This document shows, one piece after another, positions 1 to 12,500 of a DNA stretch of 64,000 nt. Every line of letters starts with the position of its first letter. Position 1 is the first letter of the stretch. The stretch covers positions 5,405,609 through 5,469,608 of the forward strand of contig CM119269.1 of the NCBI GenBank assembly GCA_051294375.1, in the 5' to 3' direction. The DNA comes from Paraspadella gotoi (Eukaryota; Animalia; Chaetognatha). The notes under the pieces were generated by a model, which was given only the letters and a program-made list of their open reading frames with translations, made no database searches and was not told the origin of the DNA. The translations under genes and the position numbers were made by a program.

Positions 1-1681
1 GACTAGCGTTGTTACTAGTAGCACAAAGCATAAAAAAAAAGAAGCCAAATCAGCACCAACCAGCGATGCGACGAGGGAGAGATCGAATTCTATCAAAACG
101 TTGGGATTTGACAACTAAGTTTAGAGAAAGAATTTTGTCGCAAATTATTACCAAAATATGTACTACTAAACAAATACTCGACTGAGGTAAGTATCTTTTA
201 TCCTACCGGCTCAAAGTACAAATAAATAAATTCTATAAAGGGACTTCATTATCAAAATAAGCAAAACGAGCATCTAGTTGTTGGTGGAAGCATTTTTTAG
301 TTGAAACAAATTGGAGAATCTCAGTCAATTTATACTGGAATAAATGAAATTATTGTACGTAAATATTCAAAAATATGGACCGTAACATCGAAATCTCAAT
401 TATAATCTTGCGTCCCCACGAAATTATAATAATAAGAATTATATTAAGTTTTAAATTAAAATTTCATTCAAAAATTATTCAAATTTGAATGTAACAAATA
501 TAGTTCAAGTTTTAGGAAAAACAGTTTTAAAAATGTTATTTTACCGATAATATCGGTTAGAAGATAATCTAAACAAAACTAAATCAATTCGACTTCTAAA
601 AATGAAAACTGAAGAATCAAAACATAGGAAAGTGACCTATAGTATAGTACGGAAAAATGGCTATCTAACTCTAATTTTAACTAGAGATCTACTATAAAAT
701 TAAAATCAAAAGGGGCAGTGGTACAAAACTTTAGTCTTGATGTCTACTTTCAGGTAGAAAAAGAATTTTTTTAAAATATATAATATTAATAGCCTTCTTG
801 TTGCTATCAAAATTATTATATTACTATATAATACTTTTTAATCAATCTTGAATTATTTTGATGGATTCTGACAGAGAACAAAAAGTTAACAGAATAAAAA
901 AAAAATTATACTTTATGTTGACAACTTTTTGCAAACTACCCGAATCCGATATTAAAAATGAAAAAATCTTTAAAAAATTTTTAGTCATTCCTATCTATAA
1001 ATAAATATAAAAAAAATATTATATAGGGTATAAAGTCATATTAAATTTAAAAAAAAATGTATAAATTTTCGTTTGAGCAGGTGCTCAATTAAAATTTTTG
1101 ACCCAACTTACTGAGATAGGCTTCCCCTACTTCAAGAAGCCAATCCAACATCCAAGAAAAACAAAAGACAAAATCTAATCTACATTAACCGATCGTAGTC
1201 AAGAGTCAGCATTAGTCCATTACTCTCGTTAATCGCATCAAGACGTTGGCGACAAACAAAAATCCAGACTAAGAAAAAAAATTAACTAAATATAAATAGA
1301 ATATATCCTTGTTAAATGTCACCTTATGCAGGAGACAAAATAAAAAAAAATGTCAAAAAAAAATGTTTTGAGTCACACTTTTTCAAAGAGAGGGTGGTGA
1401 ATTTATTCTTTAATAAACGAATTCTAGGCATCGATATTTTTAAATTGGGTTCTTTATGTATTGACCTGACCGTAAGTAGTATGTATGTATGAAATTGGTA
1501 TATCTGTAAGGGCGTTAATGGACCCATTAACGCCCTTACACAACCAATGGTCACTCAACGGGCATAGATCTATCTCGGATTCTCAAATTCCGTATTCCTC
1601 CACGGTCGTGCTTACGAAGCCTCTAATCGGCCTCAAGGCTAAAACCTCGAAAAACGTAAATGTAGCTGCCGAGTTCCATCT

Positions 1682-4600
1682 TCATTGATCTTGTTTTTCT
1701 CTCTGCTGTCGTCGGCGTTGCTTGCTCCAAAGCTCGTGACAGTCTTGGTGGCGCGGGAGACTGGACAGGAGGCAATGTCAGGTTTATGCAATTCACTCAC
1801 TCCCCCGTCCGCACCCTTCTCTTTCACCGCCAAACCAAGACTTACTTTGGCGGCTGAATTCTGTCGGAGTCGATGTTCTTGAGCCAAGGGGAGAGAAGAG
1901 CCTCGTCGGCGCTGCATCGGCGCTTCGGGTCCAGCATCAGCATTTTGTCCATCACGTCGAGAGCCAGAGGCGGCAGGCTGACAGAAAAAACAGGGAAATG
2001 TATTTAACAGTGAATAAATTTATATGAAATTGTTATTAGATTTTCTGATTAATTTCTTTCATGCTGCCTTTAAAATTATCGCTTTAGATGTCTGGCGACA
2101 AAAGACCTACACGTCGTATTCCTGCCGCAGGCGACGCTGATATTCTTTCTTTGGCTTCAACGTGTTGAAATGAGGAAGGTAGACGACATCCGGCCAGACT
2201 TTATAGAGAAATTAAAAGATTTACACATTTTCGAAATACGTCTTTGGCTTTGGATAGGCATAATACGAAATGGAAGGGTTCATACGCCCCTTACCTGCGG
2301 GGGTCGGAGACCCGCACGTCCTGGATATGAGTTCGAGTTGTTCGGGTTCTCTGTCAGCCCGAAAGATGGGACGTCGGACGAAGAGCTCTCCCAAAATGCA
2401 CCTAAATCGTCACTCTTTTTAAGAGGGATATTTTTCACAGAACATTCGTTTACATTTGTCAGATATTATCATAACCCATCCCAATTTTTACTAGGATTTC
2501 TTTCTAAAGGAGCAAGTCTACCTTTAAACATTAAATGACTTTCTAAATAATATCTGCTTACTTTCACATTAATTAAATCGGAACCACTAATTTTACGTAC
2601 AAAGGTTTCAGTAGGAATTTTTTAATTAACAAGAAACAGGTTTAGCATCGGGAATTCCCCGATTAATAATCGCAACATGCAACGAAGGGACCGGCCACTG
2701 TGAGTCCCACCGCTTAATCGTGTAAAGAAATAATAAGAAATAAAAACTAGAAGAACAATTTTTTGACAAACAGGAAATAACAATCAAAAATAAAACCCTA
2801 ACGTAATTTAAAAGAATAAAAAAAAATGCCATATTTGCGTGCGAGTGCGTGCTAGCTTTTGAAGTTTCGATGCGTGTTTATGTTGTACAAGTGAAATTTG
2901 CTTCGTTCGTAATCTCGATCCTCATTCCAAAAGGTTCTTTTTAACAACGGGAACTCCGGCAAAGATGGAATCCGACGAGATCGTCGCCGCCGCCATCAAA
3001 TGCGACCGATAGTTCAGGGACGAAGACTTCGGCGTCTGCTTCTTTAGTTTGGATGCGCGTCTCTGCTGCGCTGCGGATTGAATCGTCTCTCTTGCCGATT
3101 CAGCTTCAAGGGCGTCGACGCCGCGATTTCTAACGTTGCATTCTTTTCCTTTGCATGCCCGCAACCGGTTCAACGTCTTGTGCAGCTGTTGAAGGACGCC
3201 GTAGTCCAGGTCGTGGACGGCGTTGCGCAACTGGTAAGGGTCGGCGCGGATGTTGTAGTAAGAAATGAAGCCTGTAATAAATTCGCAGTAAAGAAAGTTG
3301 TGCGTTGAGTTGATCGTCCGCGTGCACCAGTAAGTGTTGTTGTTAGAATTAGGACAAGAGCAGAAAGGACCCAGCGTCCAATAGGGCGGAGTCTTCCAAT
3401 GGTCGTTGTCTTGCTTAAAGCAGTTCATGTTCTGAATGTTGCACTCGAAATGCTGGTCTTTGCCCATCTTTCTCTTTTCCTTTTTGGACAACTTTTTCTT
3501 GCTCCAACCGCTCAGCATGGCGAGATCCTTTTTGCGGATGTTGTTCCAGCTGAAGTACTTGTCCTTCTCCGGCAAGTATGGAGGCTGAACGGGCGGCAAC
3601 ATGTCGATTAAATAGTTTTCCGATTTTCGGAACGTCCCATCGCGATCGTCAAGAGCCGCGACTTCATGATTTGGGGCTGTTGAAGGGGCGATTCCCCGGT
3701 TTATCCCCTGCCACCATGGATGCCGCCGCCGCCATTTCCGAAAACTGCGCTCGTGTTCGCCGCAATCGCACTCGGATGGATTGGCCGGAGGGAACGAAGA
3801 CTGTGGAATGCCGATCGGGGGTCGAGAATACACGACGCCCCTAGATTGGCCGGCGCCAGAAAAGGATGACGTCGTCGCCGATAAATAATCGGTTCGACCG
3901 TGGATGATTTTAAATTCGTCTTTTTCTGACGAATAAGTCGCAGGGGTCGTCGTGGTCGTGGTCGTGGAAGTTGTCGTCGTCGTCGCTAGCGGAGTGGTGC
4001 TGAAGGTGAATTTGCTGTCATCCGGATTCAAATACTTCAAATGCTTTCGTATGTGTTTGAGATTATTGATGTAGTTTCTAAAGCGTTGGATCATATCCTC
4101 CACGTTTTCACGTTCCTCCTTCCAAAACTGATACGAACTGTAAATCCTCTGATCGCAAAGAACCGAGTTGTTGGGCAGCACGTTACAGAGTTTGAAGGGC
4201 GAGGCGCTTCCGAGTTGCGCCAGATCGGCGCTGACTCCTCTTCGTTTGAATCTTCTTTTGTGGTTTCCGTTTAAGTTGAAGTAACCTCCTTTTTTCAGCT
4301 TTTTCTTTCTGTACTTCCGATCCGGTTTAAACCGGTTCTTTCGATCGATCTTGAAATTCCTGTGCAGGGCGGAATCGGCGAGCATCGGTGAGCGATGATC
4401 GGACGGGAGTCGTCGAACCGAGGGAGACGGGGCGCAGACGCATTGCTGGGTCAACGCTTTATCGGGAATGCCCTGCGCGCCCGAGGGGAACGGGGCTCCA
4501 TGGGCCGACGGACCGCGGCATTTGTGCATGCGCCACTTGTTGGCTCCGTTCTTTTGGCAAAACCACTTTTGACCCTTCTTGCAGGGCCACTGAAAGTCCT

Positions 4601-6647
4601 CTTTGCTGCATTCGATGTTGAAACGCGAGTTGCGACTGAGGAAGGCCATGCTGTTCAGCCCAAACTCGTAGACCTCCCTGGCCTTGATCTGGCGCAGGGT
4701 GATCTTGCCCCGTTCGATGAGCAAGGTGTCCCTCCAAGCTTTTTTCTTTCTGACTCCGCCTCCGGACCTCGAGGTCTCCAGCAGCTTTAGCACACTCCGA
4801 CCATCGAAATGAGGCTGAGGGTCGACGCCCGCGATGTCGAGGATGGTGGGCGCGACGTCGAGGAGAGCGATGGGGGAATCCACCTCCGAGCCCTCGGGTA
4901 TGTTAGGTCCCCGGATGAGAAAGGGAATCCTGATGTCGAATTCGTACGGCATGGCCTTGCCCTTAACCAGACCAAACTGGCCCAAGTGATATCCGTGATC
5001 CGAGGTGAACATGATATAAGTGTTGTCCAGTTGGTCGAGCAGCAACAGCTCGTCGTAGACTTTTTGAACGGCGTCGTCAACGGCCTGGAGTGTCTGAAGC
5101 CTCTTGCGGTGCAACACATGGGTAAATTCCTTCTGAATGGGCTCCATCTTCCCCGTCCACTGCAGTAACCACTGCTTGTCCATGTTGGGAGCAAAGTTCC
5201 AAGCCGGCGTGCGGTGAGTGGTGATGTTTTCGAAGAGGTGCTGGTGCTGTGGCGCCGCGTCCTCCGGCCCATGTGGTGCCGGCATGCTGAGCACCATGGC
5301 GACTGGCATGTCGGGGAAGTACTGCTTGGATTGCTTGAGAAAGGTCACGCTATCATTAACAATTAAATCGGTGAAATAGTCGCGATGGTAGTCGTCTCCG
5401 TGTTTGATTTTCCGCCCGTTGAAGTTTATAGAATAGTTGTAGAATCGTGAGTTCTTGATAAGCCCAACCCATTCACGCCAACCAGGCGGGATGTAAGACC
5501 CGTCGTATTCGTTAAGGTATTTGCCGAAATAGCCCGTCCGGTAGCCGACGTTCGAAAGGAAGGTGGCGAAAGACCGAGTCTCGTGATTCTTGCGCCAATG
5601 GGTTCCGGAGCAATTGTCGTTGTTCGTATAAACATTGTGATTGTGGACGTACATTCCTGAACAGGGACGAGGGGGGGTAAGGAATTAGGTAAAAATAAGT
5701 TTTTCTTTTTTTTTTTTCAAAAAAAAAGTTGGAATTTACAAAAGCTCAATAAAATTTAAATTAAATTAATGATATTTAAAATTCTTGGCTTTCATTTAAA
5801 TAACTTTTGGAGAAAAAAAATTATATTAATTTAATTCGAGTTACTTTCTAAGATTTTAGGAACAGAAAGCGAAACTACAAGGATCTCTCTCTGATTCATA
5901 TTAAAAACTTCGAAGAACGACAAAGGGCCATATTAAAAACAAAAACATTCACAGATTAATATAATAAATCCTCAAGCGTGGAAAGAAATAACAATCCAAT
6001 TAGACGCCGTAAAATGGAAATACAGGAAACCACCTGTGTTTACAAAAAAAAAAATGTAAATCGTCTTAATCTAATTCTAAATTCATTCATCGGCTCTAAA
6101 TTTACGACCAGCGTTAAATTTTAAGCATGTTAAAAAGGGGAAAAATTTATAGCGGATTTTAACCTCCCTCCAACAAAAAAAAAAAAAAAAGCCCAAAAGA
6201 GCAACCTAGTGGGGATGAAGGGGGAAAAATATTTTTTTTTCGCACGAAAGCAAGACGTTTCCTTCCTTACAAACACTGCTAATATCAAAGTAAAATTCTT
6301 TTTGAGATCTCGAGTACACCTCGACTAGACGTAAGCAGGAAATGAAATAATCTCGACAGGGTACAAAAAAGAAAAGGAAAAATGCGAATAAATAATCTTT
6401 CTTCTCTCTCTTTCTCTTTTCTCGCCCTCTCGAAAAAGAAGGAATCACTAAAAACCTGAAAATTCATGAACCCGAGTAAACACTGTTATCGCCAGAAAAA
6501 TCTCGACGAGCGGCGATAACTATAAAAAAAACATCGTAAAGAAGATTGAAGTTTGTAAACCGAACGGGGGGGGGGAGAGAGAGAGAGAGGCTGAGAGAAC
6601 GCTCTCTATCCTATCGGTAATGAAGGCCGTTTTCGGTGCCGAGGAAA

Positions 6648-6685
<38 letters not shown>

Positions 6686-8279
6686 GAAAAGTTAATTGCC
6701 ATAAATCTAGCAATCGACTCTCTCAGGGATTTTTCTCTCTCACTCTCTCTCTTCCTCTCACCCGTCAAAAATGAGGATCTCGAAGGGCAGCACATCGGAG
6801 TGGTGGTGAACGCGTTATGAAAATTCGCGCCGCCCTCTCGTAAGATTTTCATCGTCTTCGGCATAAACTCGAGGGAACCTGAAAAGAAAAGTATTTTTAA
6901 CGGTGTGGCGGTTTAAAAATCTCTCTCCCATCTTTTCCGTTCTTTTACGACGAGAACATTAAACCTAAATTTTTTTTGTTATAAAAATTATTTAAATAGA
7001 AAAGTTATTACCGCCATAGGAAATGACTAAATTCTAAAAATAAAACTAGTACGTCTAACTTGACTGTTTAGCATAGGATTTCTAAAGATCAAAAACCCAC
7101 CAAGTTCGACGTCCAAATCATCGCAGAGGACTACGACGACGTTGGGCTTGGAGGCGTTGCGCGCCCTCTTCTCGTCTTCGGCCCTGAAGCGATGCCCGAG
7201 GCTCGATCGCCCGCTCAAGGTCTGCCCGTAATAGTTCTTGAGAAAGTCGAAGCCGCCCCTGACCGAGGAACCGGGCCGGGTAGCGGAAAGGCGCGAAGGG
7301 GACGAAGCCGAGGATGACGTGAGCGAGCCCGTCGGGGACCGCCTTCCAGACGCATCCACATCCCCTGAGGAAGACGAAGTCTGGAACTCATCTCCACCCA
7401 AGGATGATCTTCGTCTCGACGAGAAAACCTGGGATCGCGACGACCCTCGCCGGCCCGGATCCGAGGCGGGGGAGAGGGGCGAGGAGTGAGACGGACGTCG
7501 GGAGAGGCGGGATTCGGTCCGCTGGGCTCGAGTCTCGAAGGAGGCGGAGAGGAATAGGAGGGTAAGGGCGAGAAGTTGACGGGGTGATGGGGCAAAGGTC
7601 ATCGTCAATGTTGACACCGAGGAGAGTCCAAAAGAGAAAAAAGATCCGGCGCGGCCACTTTTTTTTCTCTTTCAAAACCAAAAGGATGATAGTTTTTGAA
7701 TTTAATTTATTTTGATCGGATGAAGACAGCGAAAGTGCGAAGAAAAAATAACGGGCGGGAGCGGGGTGAGAGAGTAGCCGGAGGCGCGCTTTGTTGTGCG
7801 ATGCGGACAGTCGTAACGTGAGAAGGTCATCGCTTGAACGCGAGAAGGCAAACGAGGTTGTTTATCCTGTAAAACATGATTGGACCCGTCGTGTTACGTT
7901 CGGCTCACCACTCTGGAAAACATTCACACTTGAACGGGAAAATAGGAGAGAATGAGTCAGTTCACTGATTTTTATCTTGTTTCTTCTCTCACTCTCTCTT
8001 TCTCTCTCTCTCTCAGTATCACTCTTTCTTTCTCTCCCTCCTCTCGGCCTCGAGCATTAAGGCTACTGAAAACGACGACGACGACGAAAAGGACGACGAC
8101 GCCGACGATATCAGAGATTGTGCGACGACGACGAATATTATTACGGATGAGCGAAGAAGCGAGAAAAAATGATGAGAGGAGAAACGTGAAGAGAAAGGGA
8201 GGATTCGAGGAAGACCGACGGGAGATGGCGAAGAAGGCGAGAAGATGACGAGCCGCGTGAAAAGGGGAGAATGACCCCG

Positions 8280-8345
<66 letters not shown>

Positions 8346-9444
8346 CAGACGGATGGCCGGATTGAGATATATGGATATAGTAAAGTAGGGACAATATAAA
8401 TCAGAAATCCAGGAAAAGTATTTATTTATAAATATAATCATTCCGCAAAAAATAACTTGCCTTAAAAATAAAGTAATTACTTTGTAGGTATCTCTATAAG
8501 TTTGAATCTACATGCTTCGGTGACGACTCTGGTTGAGCCTTTGCTTGTGGCCAGAGAGTCCTGAGTTCAAACGTACAACTTCTTCAAATACGGGGATGCC
8601 CAGCTATTTTGGAACTAAGTTTAAATATTCGTTTGGATGGGTAAATAAAAGAATTATGATATAAAAATTGTTACACATAAAAAATTCTTTTTGGCAACCA
8701 TGAACTTATAAAAATGTTCAGAAAAGGCATGTTAGGAATACTGCCATTCCTGCCACTATTCTTACTGTCAAAAAGACGACAGTTAGAGAGGGGATGTATG
8801 GGACATTCTGCATCTCTATCCTACATTTTCATTAATCAGGAGGATTGCTGACAGAGAAACAGTACAGACAAATGAAAGAAGTCGCCTTTCTTCTTGAGTT
8901 TTGCCAAAATTTCTTAAAGTTCTGTAAAGAACCGGTGCGGAAGAATATGACATGTTATGCAAAAAGTATCAATTACAGGAGTTGCCGCTATATTTTTCAA
9001 ACATTTTTCTTATTAATTTTTTTTTATACCATAATCCTTTTTCGAGCTGTAAAATAAGAGGACATAACAGACGATAAGGAGACATAACAGACAATGCTTA
9101 AAGCAAGAATTCATTTTTGGCATAACCGGGAATATCATTAGTATACCCACACGTCAATTAGTAAAACAAACACATCCGGACAACGTCAGATAAAGAATTT
9201 TTTCTCTATTCTTCCTTATAACTTTTTTTCAGACATTAAGTATTGTTTCGGCGAAACCGAAGACGAATTAGATAATTATCAATGTATATTACAATTCATA
9301 GTTGGACCTCTCCACATACCCACCCCCTCTCCTTCCATTTCAATGTAAAACTAAAAGCTACAAACGTAGATAGAGTTAGGAGGACAGATTGAATTCGTTA
9401 GCGGCGAATATTCGAGCCCCAAAGCTAGTGGTTCAATCTGGAGC

Positions 9445-9530
<86 letters not shown>

Positions 9531-12500
9531 ACGAGATAAGAAAAGATGGGAGGAGCGAAGCTTTTTTTTTTCTGACAACTCGAAGGAAATGATGGGTGGC
9601 AAAAGACTAAGACGAATAAGCCGATCGCTTTTGTTTAACCAAAAACACTAAAATCCCACAATGATAATCCCGTAGAAAAAAAATCGGCGAACATCTGTGC
9701 TCCGAAGGAAAGTTTTATGAAAGGGGGGGGTGAAAGGGAGGATAGAATCGAGTTGAGACTGGAAAGAGGCGGAGGTTTTACAAAACTATGGGAGAGTCGC
9801 GGGAGGGGAAGGGGAGGATAAAGAATTTTTTTCTTGCGAATGCAATATAGTTTATTCTTAATTCTCGACGCAAAGGATGAAACGGGCTCGTCTTTCGAGA
9901 TTGACGACGACTTCGTAGTTTTCCAACCCTCCGCCACCTTATCCTTCCAGTTGGGCTTCGAAAAATAAAGTGGGCCGGAGCAGAAGCTTGAGAAAAAAAA
10001 TATGGAAGGTTTCGACGATAGCTTTCCCAGACGTTCGACCAGGCGGACTGGAGAATAAGGGCCACGACGGTATTACTATTAGCGCCTTCACGATGGCTGA
10101 GATCTGTTCTCTCTCCCCAGCGCATTGTGTTCGACTCGACTCGAGTCCCACAGAAGGACAAGGTGTCCAATCTGACCACGACAGGCTAATCCATAATTAA
10201 TCCTTTAAGTTCATCTAGAAATTGAACAAAAGGCTTTTGTTTATATTGATATTCACGAAACAAAAATAGGATCGATTGAAAAAAAAAAAAAAAAAAAAAA
10301 CCTAAGTCGAATCGAAGTGCGTTTTCTCTCTTTCTCTCCCTCTCTCTCTTTCGTCTCTGGACTTTTATGATCTTCTCTTCCAGGAAGTTCTCTCGGTGGT
10401 CGCCCGTGGATTTCTCATCCAGATCAGAAAACAACAACGAGGCTTCACTCTTCGTCCCCGTAGGTGTACCATCCGTGAAAAGAGGAAAAACGAGTGAAAA
10501 GTTCGTACCCATAATCTACCTCCTCGTCTCCGCCTTTTTTAGTTCTCATCCTTTGAAATTGATCCAAAAGGTAGATCAGCCAAAACCAATTCATGACCCA
10601 CATCACCACCTTGAGGGGAGTGGGTGGGAAATTGTCAACAATAAAGTTCAATAATTATATTTGGGACAAATGCGGCCAATGAGGTAAAACTGATGACTTC
10701 CAAATTGAACAAGATTCATAGATATATAAATTATCTCTAATTCAAAAAACAAATCAAAACGTCTGTACCTTACCAGTGCCAAGTTAAGAATTGGCGCAAA
10801 TGGAAAATGCAGGCTAAGTATCCAGCCGCCACTTAATCCCAAAAGTAAGGGAAAAGTTATATAAAAAACTTTAACCACAAACAAGTGCAGTTTAAAATAA
10901 ATCCAGGAAAAAGTAAATGTTATCGCCAGAACATTTGCAATATGACCATATAGCCTAAAAATTTAATTGTTTTAATCTTAAAGGCTTACTATGAGAATTA
11001 ATTAAGTTGACTATATTAAAATAACTTTGAATCATCGTCGTCTCGGTCTTTCATGTATAAGAACATCTTTAACAATTCCAGTTGAAAGTCACAAATTTGA
11101 GTAAGAAAAACGATAATAGTTCCAACTCTTGTGTACGGTACAATCAAGGCAAGATAGCTAAAAAACGAAGGAAAAAGTGTTAATAAAAATCAAAAATTAA
11201 CAAATAAATTTTTAATAATCCTTTAAATTGTTAAAATAATATTGGTTAATAATATTTTTTCCCAAATTTTATAATGAACTATAATTTAGTATTTTCACTG
11301 AAAAGTACTCCCAATGAACTTTGTAATAATTTTGCGCCATGGGTTTTTCCCCAATTTTTTTTTAATCGGGGACAGATTCTACACGGCGAAATGTATTCCT
11401 AAGATTGATTTTTTAATAGTCACTCGTAATCATTTAACAAAAAAAAACCTTTCAACTTTCCAGCTCAACACTCGCGCTCGAACCTCAATCCGAGAGTGAT
11501 CACGTGATGAATCATGCAAAGTCTCGTCCTCGAAAAAAAGTCGATGTAATCAGAGTCGCGATCGCGATCGAAAAAGTAGAGAGCGTAAAGCGCGTGGGCG
11601 TAATAAGCGACGATGAGGGCGAAGAGGAATTGAATGTCCGACGGAACGATCATCCCTGGATCCAGAAAAAAAAAGTTGGGAGTATTTTGTTTGTTCAAAT
11701 GAATCATAAAGCTGGCGATGAAAGCGTCGGGGAAAGTTGTGACGCAACCTGGTTTCCAGTGACCTCGACCAGGTGTAGTGACGTTATACTCGGCGAGCCA
11801 GGCCGTTTCGATGCGAAAGTAGTAGGGATACTTTTGGAGTAGAATGAACGAGTAGGCCATCAGCAGAAACGACATGAAACACTTCCACGCCGTCTCGGGC
11901 AGTTTCGCCCGGTAAATCGGCTTAACGTTGTATTGCTCGCTGGGTGGTGAAATGTTGGAGAAAGTGAGGGGGTCTGAGGAAACGCTGTAGTCTTTTGCCG
12001 AGCGTCAGAAATGAAAAAAAAAAGAAGCGTAATTAGTTTTAGGTCAATTTTGAAACCTGAAATGAGGCCAAACGAATTTGTCGTTGAGTATTCGAAGTAA
12101 AAACATGACGAGGAAAAAACCGGCGATGGGAAGTAACGTCCAGGCCGTCGGCGGCGGAAGATACTTGTTGTCCTTCTTGCACTGGGTGAAGAAGCACAAA
12201 CCGTCCGTCTCCATAATTTTGACAAAAAAACGACTCATTGACGAAAGCACGACCGAATGATTTTTGAGCGGTCCAGGGAGAGCGATCCAATTCATTTTAT
12301 GAACTTTTTTTAGCGAAATAAAAAATAAAAAAAATAAAAAAATAAAAAAAATATCAACCCGATTTAGCGCAAGGAAGTCGGTGATAGATACAGACAAAAA
12401 GTACGTTAGGTTTATTAGATTGCTCCTTTAAAGAAACCCTAGAAAAACATATGCTCAACAGAATGACGCATCATCCATATAAGGGTCAATTATCTTCCAA

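Noticed and set aside
2-192. Possible 3' end of a plus-strand gene (open frame to TAA ~118, donor-like GAG|GTAAGT at 187)
   Set aside because: Too short at the window edge, with no recognisable motif.
1639-1917. 92-aa minus-strand ORF and other ORFs at 1.3-2.5 kb as separate genes
   Set aside because: They are off-frame or antisense readings of the terminal CDK12 exons and introns.
8514-8578. tRNA-like sequence with B-box-like GAGTTCAAAC
   Set aside because: No complete cloverleaf or acceptor stem; at most a decayed SINE head.
7952-9602. SLSLSL/RERERE ORFs
   Set aside because: Translations of (AG)n microsatellites.
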